This document shows positions 24,299 to 37,921 of a stretch of 64,000 bases of DNA, in pieces; the stretch's first letter is position 1; the number at the start of each line of letters is the position of its first letter. The translations under genes were made by a program, and so were the position numbers. Source of the DNA: Lama guanicoe (taxonomy: Eukaryota); NCBI GenBank assembly GCA_013239625.1, contig MU054323.1, positions 3,398,161 to 3,462,160 of the forward strand, written 5' to 3'. A model generated the notes under the pieces. That model was not told where the DNA came from and did no database searches. It saw only the letters and a program-made list of their open reading frames with translations.

Positions 24299-24784
24299 CC
24301 AGTGTTCTTTTTAACAGTAAATTTTCCTATGGAAATTAATGATTTCTTAATCAATAGATTCTAGGAGGCTAGAGAGAGAAAACAGCTAAACTGCTTTAAA
24401 AAAAAACAAACCCAATCAAGTCAACATAAATTTTCTCTTTATTAGGTTAGTCAGAAAAATCTAATTAGATTTTAAAATCAATGTTCAACCAATGTAACAA
24501 TGTATTATGGCAAATCAAATATACCTAAATAATACAGTGAAGGGAAAAACAATGCTAAAGGTAGGTAAACAGATGAGATACTAGTGTGACTTTATTGAGT
24601 ACATTACCTTAAGAATTTAATAAAAGGGTATACCGTATCTATATATCTGCCAAAGGTTTTCCACTGATTTTAGACTTTTTTCTCCAGTTGTAACATATAT
24701 GAGGAAATTAAAGCCTAGGGAAGTTAAGCAGCCTAAAGTCACACAAATTGAATCATTAATTTTAACTGCTATAAACTATATTAC

Positions 24785-24977
24785 CTTGTGCATGATTATC
24801 TTTCTCTGAGCAGGTTCAGCCATGTCGATCATCTTCTGAACTACATAATTGGCATACTGGTCCTTCATCATGGTGTATAAGGCACTGTGAGGACCATCAT
24901 TCTGGCAGCAAACTTCATCAATCAATAAAGCTCTCTCAGCACGGGAGGCATGAGTAACACACTTTTCTACTACATTG
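24785..24977 (-). CDS. PUM2: PUM2 coding exon (PUF repeats 7-8: [12 protein letters not shown]...[26 protein letters not shown])
   Basis: ttttag|C acceptor, AAG|gtaa donor, 193 nt, phases match neighbours. Confidence 0.97.
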
Positions 24978-25506
24978 CTAAAAAATTAAAGTACATACAT
25001 AAAAAAAAAATTTTATTATTTTTTACAGCAAAATTTCCTTGGCTTTTAAAAGAACTTGATCAATGAGTAAGACAGAAGAGTCAAAATAGCATTCTCTTTA
25101 AAAATTACTTTAAAAACAGAAATTAGTATCATGGAAGAACTCATATTGGACGTCCACAAGGTTAATTATAGGCCTCTTAAAATTATAATTAAAACTAAAC
25201 TATAATTCAAAAGGGGAAACTAAGTCACTAATAAGGCCTGAGGTTTTCATGAACATGAAATAAATAAATTACATTTGCATTTACTCACAGATCTTGGGGA
25301 CAAATAATTTTCCAAATACAGATTTCAAAATTTATGTGGGCAAACCAATTTGTCACGTAGATTCTTTAAGAACAAAAGCAAAACTCTATATGTACTTTTT
25401 GCCTCTACTAAAAAAGAAAAAGACCAGATTATATTCCAGTGCTATATTCTATTCATTTCTGTGCTAATAAAAGCCAGACATTTAAAAGAACTGACCCTTG
25501 GAATTA

Positions 25507-25644
<138 letters not shown>

Positions 25645-25875
25645 CTAAGTATAGATATTTAAAAATTACTTTCCTTAAGTCATTCTTTAAGAACAATGAT
25701 AATTCTTTAAGATGTTAATCATTTTTCTAAAAATCCAACAGTAGAGTCAGGAGAATATAACAGGCTTTTGTTTCACTGTGTTTCTATAGTGTGTTAATAA
25801 TAAACTGTATTTCCTTGAAAAAAACAAACATTTTCAAAAATACATAAACATTTAAAAATATTAGGGAGTTTATAC

Positions 25876-26001
25876 CTGTACCAACTGCTCTGTATGTTGG
25901 TGAAGTTCTTCTAAGATAGGTAAGGTCTGTTCTGCAGTGCAATGCTCTAGGATGCGCTGGATTACTCTACAGCCATAAGGATGTGTTGAAAGTACAAACA
26001 C
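25876..26001 (-). CDS. PUM2: PUM2 coding exon ([42 protein letters not shown])
   Basis: ttaag|GTG acceptor, CAG|gtataa donor, 126 nt. Confidence 0.97.
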
Positions 26002-26593
26002 CTTAAAACAATTAGAAGAAATAAATTTCCATTCTGTGACATTTCTGGAATATTCTAAGAAGCAGACAGGTTTTTGATAGCATACTGAATTAATTTAAGA
26101 TAGAAGTAGAAGGATGAAGAATTCACATTTAATATGACAACCATCATCATGTTGGAAAGACTGGGAAGTATTCAATTTAGAAGCTAACAGATATTTGATC
26201 AAAAGAAACCTAATCAGAACATGAGGGCATGTAATAATGGGAAGGAATGGACTGTGGGGTAGTACACGATGTAATTAGAAGCTATTAATTATTATGTAGT
26301 AGTTATTAATTGATATTTACTTTCTGTCTTTTATTATACAGTCTTAAGTCTTCCCTCTTCTCCCTCTCCCAGGAAGTTTGGAAAACACCGTTGAGTTAAC
26401 AATTCTAATAGTGGTTATCTTTTCTTCTTAGAGTAATATAATTAAACTCATATTTTTACATCTTTTCAGCTGCAAAAAATGAGGCTATCTATTGACTCAC
26501 TCTACGAAAACAATAGAAATTTAATGCACATTATTTTGTCTCCTATTTTTGCATAAGACTATTAATTATCTTGTGACTTATAAATTTTAATTA

Positions 26594-26767
<174 letters not shown>

Positions 26768-29013
26768 TTAAACTACCTCACCAAACAACATAAAAGAAAA
26801 ATCCTGAGATGGGAATGAAAGTATATCCAAAATTTTGTTTGCAATTTTTTATATATCAAAGTTTAAAATTTGCACCCCACCTCTCAATGTAATAAGCAGA
26901 AACTATTGAAGGTGAGAATTATTAAAACATTTTACATGCTTTATAATGTAAAGGATACCTGCTGAAATATAACCTAGTGATGCTCAATTTGCCATATTTA
27001 AACTACTATCTTCATTCTGTACATCTTCCAGGAATCTTTTGCAGCTGACAACTAATACAATGATTTCAGAATTCTACATTTTTTCTCTACTTAGCATATT
27101 CCTCCCCTCAAATAATCATTTTGGACGGCTGCCTGAATTTATCAAGTGTATGAAAAAGAGTAAGGAATTGAGCACTTATGGACCATGTGATAGTATCTCA
27201 GTATTAAGGAGAAATTATTGTTGAGCATTTTTACTTCTTCTTTTTAATAATCTTATGACAAAGTAAAGCTATACTGAATCAAGTTCTTTATCATCTGATA
27301 ACCTTCTTCAGGGAGATTCTCAGGAGATTTTGCTCACTTGATGGGCAAAAATCACCTCTTTCAATTTATATTTGATAACTAATAAGGTTAAACTTATTTA
27401 CAGTAAGGTTTATATACTAACTGCATTTTCTTTTAACTAACAATCTTAGTATTTTATTCTCATAAATTTGTAAGACTTCATTAAATAAATATTTTAGTCC
27501 TTAAGAAAAAATATAGGTAACCACACAATAATGTGTGCCTTATCAATGCAATAGGAAATAGTATTGTGAAGAAATGGAGTACACACAGTGTAAAGTCTCT
27601 TACAATCTCTTATAATCTTAAAATCTCTCTCACTCAAAGAACGCACAACTATATTCTGACATAACTGTAGAGGAATCCTTTATGTAAAGATATTGTACAG
27701 ATGTTTAGTTATAAACTAAAATATGGACTAAATTACAAAATCAAATGTACTTAAGAGTCTAAACAGAGAATGTAATACTGTTATCCATGAACTGGTTCAT
27801 CTAAAACTTACTCCCAATGCTTTATATTTTCAAATATGAAAAACATTTAAAATATCTTTAAAGTGTTTACACCGGTTTGAGACTTCAGAGCAGAGAAGTT
27901 CTAAGCATCTATATAATCAAATTGTTGATCTTTCTCCACTGTGACATATCTTCAATTACTCTAAAACACAGAGGAATAATGCAATTTTCTCACAGATGTC
28001 CACTGCTGTGATTAATGCATACACATACACACATAAATATCCATCCATCCATATATATTGTTTTTAATTCTGGAATTTATTTTATTGAATGTATATAGGT
28101 TGAGAGTCAAAACCATTCTCTTTCCAAACTTACTAATTACCAACACATTTTAAGAAATAATTATTTTCTTTACTGTTATTATGTTTCATTGTAATACATA
28201 AACCAGTTATATACAAAATAGTATCTATTCGGGGTTATGAATTTCATTTTGAGAGACTTTTTATCTCATACATGAACCATACTAACTAATCAGTGATACT
28301 TCACAGTTCATTATAAAAAAATCTAGTGGATTAGCATTTATCCTCATGCCCTACTCTCCTTAATATTCTTCTCTATTTAAAATACTTAAAAAATCTATTT
28401 TGATCATTTACAAGAATATTCTCATCATAACTGGAATTGCATTAATCCTTTTAAAATTTAAAATATTTAGAACTTTCCATCCAGGAACATGGTCTATTTC
28501 CCATTTAATTTATATGTACTCTCTTTCCTCTTAGAATTGTAAATCTTGTTAAGATGTACTTTACCTGTTGACTGAAAATTTTAAAACTTTATATACATTT
28601 TTAAGTGACACACAGGAATACAATTCATTTTTAAAATTTCATTCTCAGAACAGAACTGTAAGTACAATCAAAATAAACACTGGAAATAGTAAAGTATATT
28701 CCTGATACTACAGAAAATCAAATAAGTGAAAGTGACAGCAGAAACACCCACCATCGAGTACTACTCTGCTTGACACACAGTAGGTACTCAAATATTTTCA
28801 TGTAAAGATAAAAAGTTGAAGAAAATGAATAGAGGACAGATCATAGATCTGGTGTATAACTTTCAATTAACAATATACAGTTTAAGACACCTAAAAAAAT
28901 ATTTTAGTCTAACTGTGGAAGCATTTAACATTTTACTCCAAGATTATTATTGTAAGATAAAGTAATAATTCAAAAACTGAATAAAATAATACAAAAATTT
29001 TGTCTTAACTTAC

Positions 29014-29148
29014 AATTACCTGCTGGTCAGATGAAATAGACTCAAGTGCTTTCTGAATAACTCGGCAACCATACATCTGCAACGCTAAGGGCAGAACATG
29101 ACCACGAATGCGAGTAGCCAGGGCTAATTTTTGATCCAAACTCCCAAA
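29014..29148 (-). CDS. PUM2: PUM2 coding exon ([10 protein letters not shown]...[19 protein letters not shown][VI]); two donors, ending at 29020 or 29014
   Basis: tgtcag|TTT acceptor; CAG|GTAATT|GTAAGT tandem donors; 129 or 135 nt. Confidence 0.96.
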
Positions 29149-29719
29149 CTGACAGAAAAAAAGTTAATAAAAAGTGACCATTACATTACTTTGTTAACCC
29201 ACTGTTTGCAGTCTACTGAATCTATTTTTAAAACATCACATCTGGCAAGTATGTAGGGAGGAGGCATTTAGGTGAAAGCTAATTAAGATAGACTACCCAG
29301 AGATGCTTGAAATAACTGCATTACTTTTTTGGGGTAAGTCATTCTACCTACTATTTCCTATTTGCTAATATATTAACCACTTGTTACTCTTTTAAAGCAA
29401 ACATCTTCATTTCAAATAACCCCCCCTCGTCTTTGATATAATGAATTTCTGAGCCACACATTCAGACCAGATAATTCTCAGCTATGCTCTGATTGTGGAA
29501 TAAACCTTCGTTAAGTCAAGCTACAAAACAGATGTTTAGTTATAAATAATTAGCTAAATTATAAAACAAATGACACCTAAACAAATCCAAATGACTGTAC
29601 TACTATTCATTAATTGCTTCACATAAGATGTACCTCCAATGTGTTATATTTTCAAATATATTTCAAATATTTATCAGGATTAACATTAAACTTCTCATTT
29701 AAAGAAGGCCCATATATTA

Positions 29720-30625
29720 AAAAATATAATAAAATATGTCATTTTAATCATGTCAATTAACCATTTTTTTTCAGTGGCACTGACTATATTCACATGATGT
29801 GCAATTATCACCACAATCTGATTACAAATCTTTTCCATTGCCCCAAAGAGAAACACTATATGCATTAAGCAATAACTAACTCCCTGTTCCTTCTCTTACC
29901 CTAACCAGTCTACTGTAAGCCCTAGTCTACTTATGTCCCTATGAATTTGCCTATTCTAGACATTTCATATAAACGGAACTCTATAATGTTCATCCTTTTG
30001 TATCTGGCTTATTTCACTTCGCTTCATCTATGTGCAGCATGCATCAAAGCTTCATTCCTTCTTATGGCTGAACAATATTCTATTTTACGTATATACCACA
30101 TTTTGTTTATCCATTCATCTATTGAGTATTTGGGTGGTTTCCACCTTTTGGCTATTGTGAATAACGCTGAAACAAACATAATGTTTAAGTCCTTGTCTTC
30201 AATCCTTTTGGGTACATACCTAGAGTGGAACTGTTAGATTATACAGTAATTTTGTTTAGTTTTTTGAGTAACTACCAAACGTTTTCCACATTGGTTGCAT
30301 TTTACACTCCCACCAACAATGTACAAGGGTTCCAATTTCTCCAACTCTCCATCTTTATTTTCTATTTTAAAAATTATAGCCATCCTAATAGATGTAAAGG
30401 GTGGGTAGAATCTCATTGTGGTTTTGATTTGCATTCCCTAATGACTGAGGGTGTTGACCTTTCTGTGTGCTTACGGCACATTTGGATATCTTGTATGGAG
30501 AAATGTCTACTTGAGTCCTTTGTCCATTTTTTGACATTCTGTTGTTGAGTTTTAGGAGTTCTTCATATATTCTGGATATAAAATCTTTTATCAGATATAT
30601 AATCTGTAAATATTTTCTTCCAAGC
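29720..30625 (-). mobile_element. L1 3' portion (L1MB-like)
   Basis: tatgaatttgcctattctagacatttcatataa...ttccaccttttggctattgtgaataac...ggttttgatttgcattccctaatgact; ORF2-like MQIKTTMR remnant. Confidence 0.9.
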
Positions 30626-30676
30626 TCATACATTTTTATACAAAAATTACTCACTCAACTTTCATAGCTTTTTCTA

Positions 30677-30943
<267 letters not shown>

Positions 30944-31885
30944 TTACATATAGACACACAGATAAAATCATTTCCAGAAATAGTACTAACACATTTTATA
31001 CTATAAACAGCCAATTTAAAATAAAAAGAACAAAAGTTATGAAGTATTTCTTTGTTAACACCTAAATTTAAAATAACTCCTAGTTAGACTGGCAAAAAAA
31101 TCTGGATATAAAGACAGCTTAATCCTTTTTAAGTTAGTTCTGGTTGCACTAACTTAAAAAAACCTACAAAGATATTACTGGTTATTTATTTATTTTCATA
31201 ATTACATTATTATTAAGTATATTTTTTAGAACATAAAAGAAATCCTTAGAAATAAAATTCATCAAACACAACTTAATTCTTAGCTATGCTAGTCACTGTA
31301 AATGATAAAAAGTTTCATTTGCTACCCTTAAGGAACTTGCAACTATAGGGAGATAAAATTTGTACACAGCTATCTAATCAAAAACTATTTAAAAAAATTT
31401 TTAAATTTACCTTAAAACTATAAAAAGGCACCTCAAATTAAATAAATGTGTTAGAATTTTACTTTTTTCCTTTCAGTGCTATCTTGAAAACACCAATTCA
31501 CATGTACCTCAAGAAGTATTACAGTACACATAATTATGTTTAATGTAAAAAGGCACTAAATTCTCCTATAACAAAAGTCAAACATTTTAAGTCAAGTCAC
31601 ACTGAATATAAATCTACAGAGAATACAAAGCATTTAACTTTGTATAAAAATAATCCAGTAAAGAGGCACTGCTACATTTTTGTTATAGAAAACTGAAGAA
31701 CCATAAAAATAAATCCAAAACCTGCATTTTTATAATTTATCCTAATATGAAGGAAAAGTCCATATTGGGTATTTATCTTTTAAGACTCCAACTCTTATGT
31801 CGTTTAAGTAATTCCAGTCAAGAAAAATTTCAGCTCTTTCAAAGCAAAAATGCAGTGGAAAGTATCATAAATCATAATCACCTAC

Positions 31886-32153
31886 CTAGAACCATGCTGG
31901 TCTTGAGAAAACTCAACTATGTGTCCAATCAAGTCTCTAAGTTGAAGGTTTGGGAAGCGGTTGTTTCTGAAATCTTCCAATAATCTACTTCGGCCAGAAG
32001 GCATAATATCAGACCTATTATACCGAAGCCGAGAAGGAGGAAAGAGCTGGCTGCTGGAGCTAAATAGACTGGAAGTGCTTGAAGCACTTCGATATTTTGC
32101 TTCTGCTCCAGGTGCTGCAGAGATATATCGACCACTACCATTTGTCAGTCCTC
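31886..32153 (-). CDS. PUM2: PUM2 coding exon containing the start of the PUM-HD (GLTNGSGRY...[37 protein letters not shown])
   Basis: ttgtag|GA acceptor, TAG|gtaggt donor, 268 nt. Confidence 0.97.
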
Positions 32154-33329
32154 CTACAACAAAGCAGCTGTGGTCAGCAAATATTTTTCACAAAGTCATT
32201 CTTCAGATTAAAGTCACTTAAAAACTAAAAAGTCAGTCAATAAAGAAATATTCACCCCACTAATTCCTACGTGGTATAACAGGAAATTAAAGTTGAAGAG
32301 CAAATCTCACACATTTACTTATTTAATGTGTGTGGTTATAATATATGGGGAGCTGAGACAAGAAAATATGAGAAAAATAAACCTGTATTTGTTCCCGACA
32401 GTTTAAAAACATCTAATGTCATACACAACCTGCATTTGTTCTTGGAAGCTTAGTTTAAAGCATAATTATAACAACTAATGTCATACATACTAGTATCAAT
32501 ACCTAGAATACTTAAACCACCAACAAAATTTTCAGTTACATTAACAAGCAAGTTACAAATAGCTAGCAAACTCAGATTTTAAGTCACTAAAATCAAGTCT
32601 GACTGAAACATTACTCATAGTGTTAATGAAACATCAAGGGCTAAATCTGCACTTTTTCAGAATATATAAAAATTCATTAAGTCATATATACTTCTACATA
32701 AAGAAAAATAATTTCTTAGTTAATCCACTAATTAAATTCCACACTCAAAAACCCCACAATATCAGATAATAAATCCAAATTACACACTATTTAAAAAAAT
32801 TTTTATTTACAAAATATTCTCCATAAAAATACTGTTTTACAGACATGAAATAGCAGCATTAAACATTATCTATTACTCCTAGAGCTTTAATATTGATCAC
32901 TTAAAACAAATAAAAAGCCTCTAACATATCCCATGTCAAAGAAGAAAACTAAAGGGCAGTTGATAAAAACAAAAATAAATACGAGTAGGTAATCGTTCTT
33001 ATTACAAATAACTGTTTAAAAGTACTTGACAGTGTCCTTTTAAAAAAGAAAAAGATATAGAAAACTGTAAATTGCAGATTTAGCAGTTCAGATAAACAAA
33101 ACCCACCATCAGCTTCATATACTGTATACTGTAGATCACATCTATTTAGAGTAGTGCTGTATGTACAGTCCAGGCCACAGGGTAGAGATGATGCCAAGGA
33201 CACACTGTCAGTGCATAGTTACAGAGAGGCATTAAAGGCCAAAAACAGATACAGGGACAAAGGCCAAAAAGAGTTACAGGGACAAGGAGCAATAAAAGAG
33301 TTATAATCCTGGAGAGTGAAGCGGATTAG

Positions 33330-33555
33330 AATATTCCTCTTTTACTTTCAGTCCCCACTGCCCTAGCTTTATTTTTCTTCATTGAATTTCCCATCATTCA
33401 ACTATATTATACATATTAATTATTTATTTGAATCCTCAGCCCCATTTGTAATGTAAGTACCATAAAATTACATTCACCTACATGCTAGATACCTAGCGTC
33501 TAAAACAATGTCTGTCTGACAAACTTTGGGTATTCAGTAAGTATTCATAAATATT
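33330..33555 (+). mobile_element. L2 3' end fragment
   Basis: tttatttttcttcattg...gtaatgtaagtaccata...cctagcgtctaaaacaatgtctg...gtattcagtaagtatt. Confidence 0.5.
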
Positions 33556-34549
33556 TTATGTAATATCAACTGCCTAAGGTCCAGTTCTATAAATCTGCCT
33601 TAAAAGTGTATAATTTTAATATGCTATTTTATACACCAAAGTCATGAACATCAAATTTTCATGTTCATTCCAGGTCTACATAACTAACTGTCTCTCTTCT
33701 CGTATGAAAAAATCTAAAAAGTAAACGAATTCAGTGTTTTAATACTGTTTCAATCTCCTCACTACTACTAACTCTTCTAGTTCCCTATTTTTGTTTGTAT
33801 TTATAGTTCCATCAACTGTTCACAACAATAATCATTAGCCCATTCCAGTTAACAGTTCTTTAAGCTTTTTGTAGGATGGGGCACTCTGCTTATCATTCCA
33901 ATCTGTTTTTACAAACAATTATAGCTTCCCATTCAAACATTACTTTGATGATGTCACTTTACACTAAAAAAACTACGATATCCTGCTAGAGTACCGCCTC
34001 TAAATTCTTCAGCCTAGTTTTCAAATCATTATTCCAAACCCATTTTTCACACAAATTTCCTAGCAGTATCCTAACTGTTCACTTCTTCCTCTCTTATTAC
34101 TACACCTCGGTACCACTGTTTTATCATTCCCTGAAACACAAGGCCTAATTCTACCTCATTATCCTTAATGCACTAAAAATTTCCACACAAAATGCAAAAT
34201 ACATATTTACCCCAGAAAATGACTATGTCAGTTTTACTTGGTAACTTACAAGTAGTCTTATTAATATCCAACAGGAATTTCTCCCCTGTCTAGGTACTTT
34301 TTGATTATATTCTATGAGCTCCTAATACACCAAATTACTGATGCACTGTGCTAAACTGCCTTGAGTTTTAAAAATCTTGGAATTTCAGTTCTAGAAGACC
34401 AATTATAATTAGTGTTTCCATTTAGAAAGTTGAAAATTTAATTTCACAAAGGATCAGGGTATCTTCATTTTCTTACAAACTAATAAACATTTAACCCAAT
34501 TTAAAACATATATTGAACATTTTAAATTTGGTTGTTTTTAAATACTGAA

Positions 34550-35135
34550 AGCATGTCATCCAAAACCTCCTTGGAATTGAGGGATATTTTTACAAAATTG
34601 GCCCATATCCTTCAAAACTGTTGAGGTCATAAAAGACTGAGAAATAGTTTAAAATTAAAGAGTAAAGAGTCATGACAAGTCAATGTCATGTTTGAGCCCT
34701 CAAATCAATTTCCTTCCCAATCTCCCTCTCTGCCCACCCGCCTCCCCTGTCCCACCCTTCTTATAAAGGAGGTCAGTGAGACAACTGGCAAAATTTGAAT
34801 ACAGTTGGTTGATTTGATAGTACTGTATCATTGTTAATTTCCTGACTTCACTAATTGCGGTTATATAAAAGAACATCCTCATTTTCAGGAAAAACACACA
34901 CTGATATATTTATGAGTAAGAAACATTATGCCTGCAACTTCCTTTTAAAAATATCAAAGAAAAAATGGGTGAGGGGGCAAGCAAATGCAGAGAGGGGGAG
35001 GGAGGAGAAAGAATTATAAAGTAAATTCAGTAAAATAATATTTGAAGAATTTGGGTGAGGGATAAGCTGAATTTTTGTTTGTTTTGGTGTTAATGACTTC
35101 TTCGTAAGTCTGAAATTATTCCAAAATTAGTTAAA
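34550..35135 (+). mobile_element. L1MC/MD-like 3'UTR fragment
   Basis: acaaaattggcccatatccttcaaaactgttgaggtcataaaagactgag...gtatcattgttaatttcctgac. Confidence 0.65.
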
Positions 35136-37571
35136 AGCAAACATACAGATAGGTCATCTATATTCATACCACTGCTACTGGTTGTCTGAAAGCGGATGTG
35201 TTCTGTACCAAATGTGTTAAAGGGATAACAATCCCTTCAATTTATCACTGCCATCCTCCCTACCATTTATCACTTTTTAATCAGCTGAATAAGAATAAAT
35301 GGGACATGGAGATCTGTACTGTAACTTCACAGATGAAGTCACTATGATTCAAAAGTGATGTGGCATGCAGCTAGTCAGTCAGGACTATTAGGCCACAGCT
35401 TATTACACAGTAGTGTGTTGTCCCTTATATGCTACTTGGCAATAGTTATCTGTTGTTAAGTTCATTCATGACAACTGAATGAAAGCAAACACCTAGTAAT
35501 TATCTTAGCAGAAATAATACGATTTTTTGTTTTCATTAATTTCCTTGAGAGGTCTATTGTTTTAGAATCCTTCCCTATTAAATACCAGAAATCAAAACAA
35601 TTTAAAAATAATGGGAAAGACACAAGGGAGAAATAAAAATAACAATCAAAACAACTATAAAATAAACCTGACAAGTTTTCACTTTTCATTATTTTCCACC
35701 TCCCTGTGATCTGGAATGGCAGCTCCTCAACCTGTCTATTCTTTCATTTACTTTAAAATACATAAAAGTAATTCTCGAGCCTTTCTCAAGACCCACTGAA
35801 TTACCCTGAGTGGACAGTTTTTATTAAAACAACAATTATCTGGTTATTCTGATAGAAGTTTGGAGGCTGATGAATTAGAATCAGCATCATTTATGGTTTC
35901 ATTTTAGAGCAGGTTGTCAACTACTAATTTTAAAATTGGTAATTCAAGTAGATTCTGGGTCCTGAAAAGGGTACAACTACATATAGGTTACTAGGCAGAG
36001 ACTGTTTCAGAAGTCAAGGCTCTGGAAAGTTCAAGAAATAGTAAGATGATAATGAAAGATGACAAGTTACCTAGAGTAGGCAAAGAACCAACGATATAGA
36101 ATACATAGCTGGAAAAAGTCTAATAGGATGGCCTATTTTACTTTAAGGTATTACCTTTAGTTACTTCCAGCCCATAAACTGATCCACTTAGTACTTAACA
36201 GTTGATTATTTTTTTTCTGATTGCTTTTCAAAAGAAGTATATGTAACATTCAGAGTAGACTGTAATAGCCATGGATAATCTGAACTTACTAGTACATTTA
36301 TCTTCTAGCTTTCAGAACTGCGAGACAATAAATTTGTTTTAAGCCATTTAGCTATAGTAATTTGTAACAAAAGTCCTACAACTCTAATATACATAAGGCT
36401 ATCTTAATTACTCTATGAGACGAAGATATTATCTCCATTTTACTTGTGACACAACAGCTTTAGAAAAGCTAAATACCTTATTCAAGGATGCACAGCTAAT
36501 AACTAGACTGAGTTGGGTTTTTAAAAACTACTACACGTGAATGATTCACTTAAAGCTTTCAGTTATACTCTGCTATACCTCATGAAGAATGTTTAATACC
36601 ATACACTATTCTTAAGTCTGGGATATGCTTGAGGTTACATGGGGAATAAACCATATAAATTTTAAACTACAAAATGTTTTACTATGTATTTGCCACATAA
36701 AGACACAAAAATTTTACTGGGAAAAGACCAAAGCATCAATAAATGTAAAAACCAATATAATTCAAGTTAAAAGTATAATCTTTGACATCATTTTAACAGG
36801 CTAATATAAAAGCAAATGCATAAATATGTCAAGTGTGCTACTTTAAATCTGTACATTTTATGACAATGTGCAGGCAAACATTAGATGAAAGCTACAAACC
36901 AAAATAAAAATCTGTTGTTTCCATTTCTATTGCTTGTAATTTTTTTTCTAAAAGCAATTAAGTAATTAACATTATCTTTTAGCATCTAGTGCTTAACTTT
37001 TAAAAAGATACAACGGTAAAAGGGAAATCTTCACAGAAGATATATAACAATCTTCCCTCATTCATTACATTACAGCTTTTAAACACACTGAGTTTTTAAC
37101 ATATGAACTATGTAGTTCAGACTAGTATTATATCTCATTCCTGTCTCTACTCATTGTAGAATTTCAGTGTCAATTTCCATTAGTTCATCAAAAAGGCTTG
37201 TTATGATTTCAAAATCTGCATGAATCTTTTATCTTTAGTGCAAAATAACTGTGATTACCAAACATGAGGACACTCTAAAAACCTATCGCTATCCGAAATC
37301 AAAACACACACACGCAAAAATAAAAACTCCCCAACTGCCATAAAACTTTTCAAAGTGCAGTATTCGACAAAGTATGATCCTAACACATTGATCAGAGAAC
37401 GCACTGACAACACAACAAAAAAATGCTTTAATATAGAAATCTATGTAGGATATAAAATAATTTTTTAAACAAGAAAGTAGCTGGTATTCAAAAAGTAGAT
37501 TCATCAATAAAACAGAAAGAAATAAACTACTCAAATTCAATTACACAGACTTTTTTTTTGAGTTCTGAACA

Positions 37572-37921
37572 CACGTGACCCTTCAACAATGCAGGAGGTT
37601 AGGGGCACTGATCCCACCAAAAAGATGTCCAACTTCTGACCCCCCCCAAAACTTTACTACTAATAGCCTACTGGTAACATAAATAGTCAATTAATAAATT
37701 TTTTTGATTAATACATTTTATATGCTATATGTGTATCTAAGTATAATTTTACACATTCATGATATACCTAACTTTTCTTAACTTTTTTCAGTATTTCTAC
37801 ATAATTCGCCCAAGTTTTTTCAAGCTGTCACAAACCTCCAAAATATTTTCCAATTTTCTGAAAACAATACACATATAAATGGAACCCATTCAGTTCAAAC
37901 CTGAGTTCAAGGGTCAACTCT
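37572..37921. mobile_element. Tigger2-derived non-autonomous DNA transposon (Tigger2a/MER28-like)
   Basis: Terminal inverted repeats tgacccttcaac ... gttcaagggtca; internal gttaggggcactgatccc. Confidence 0.8.
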
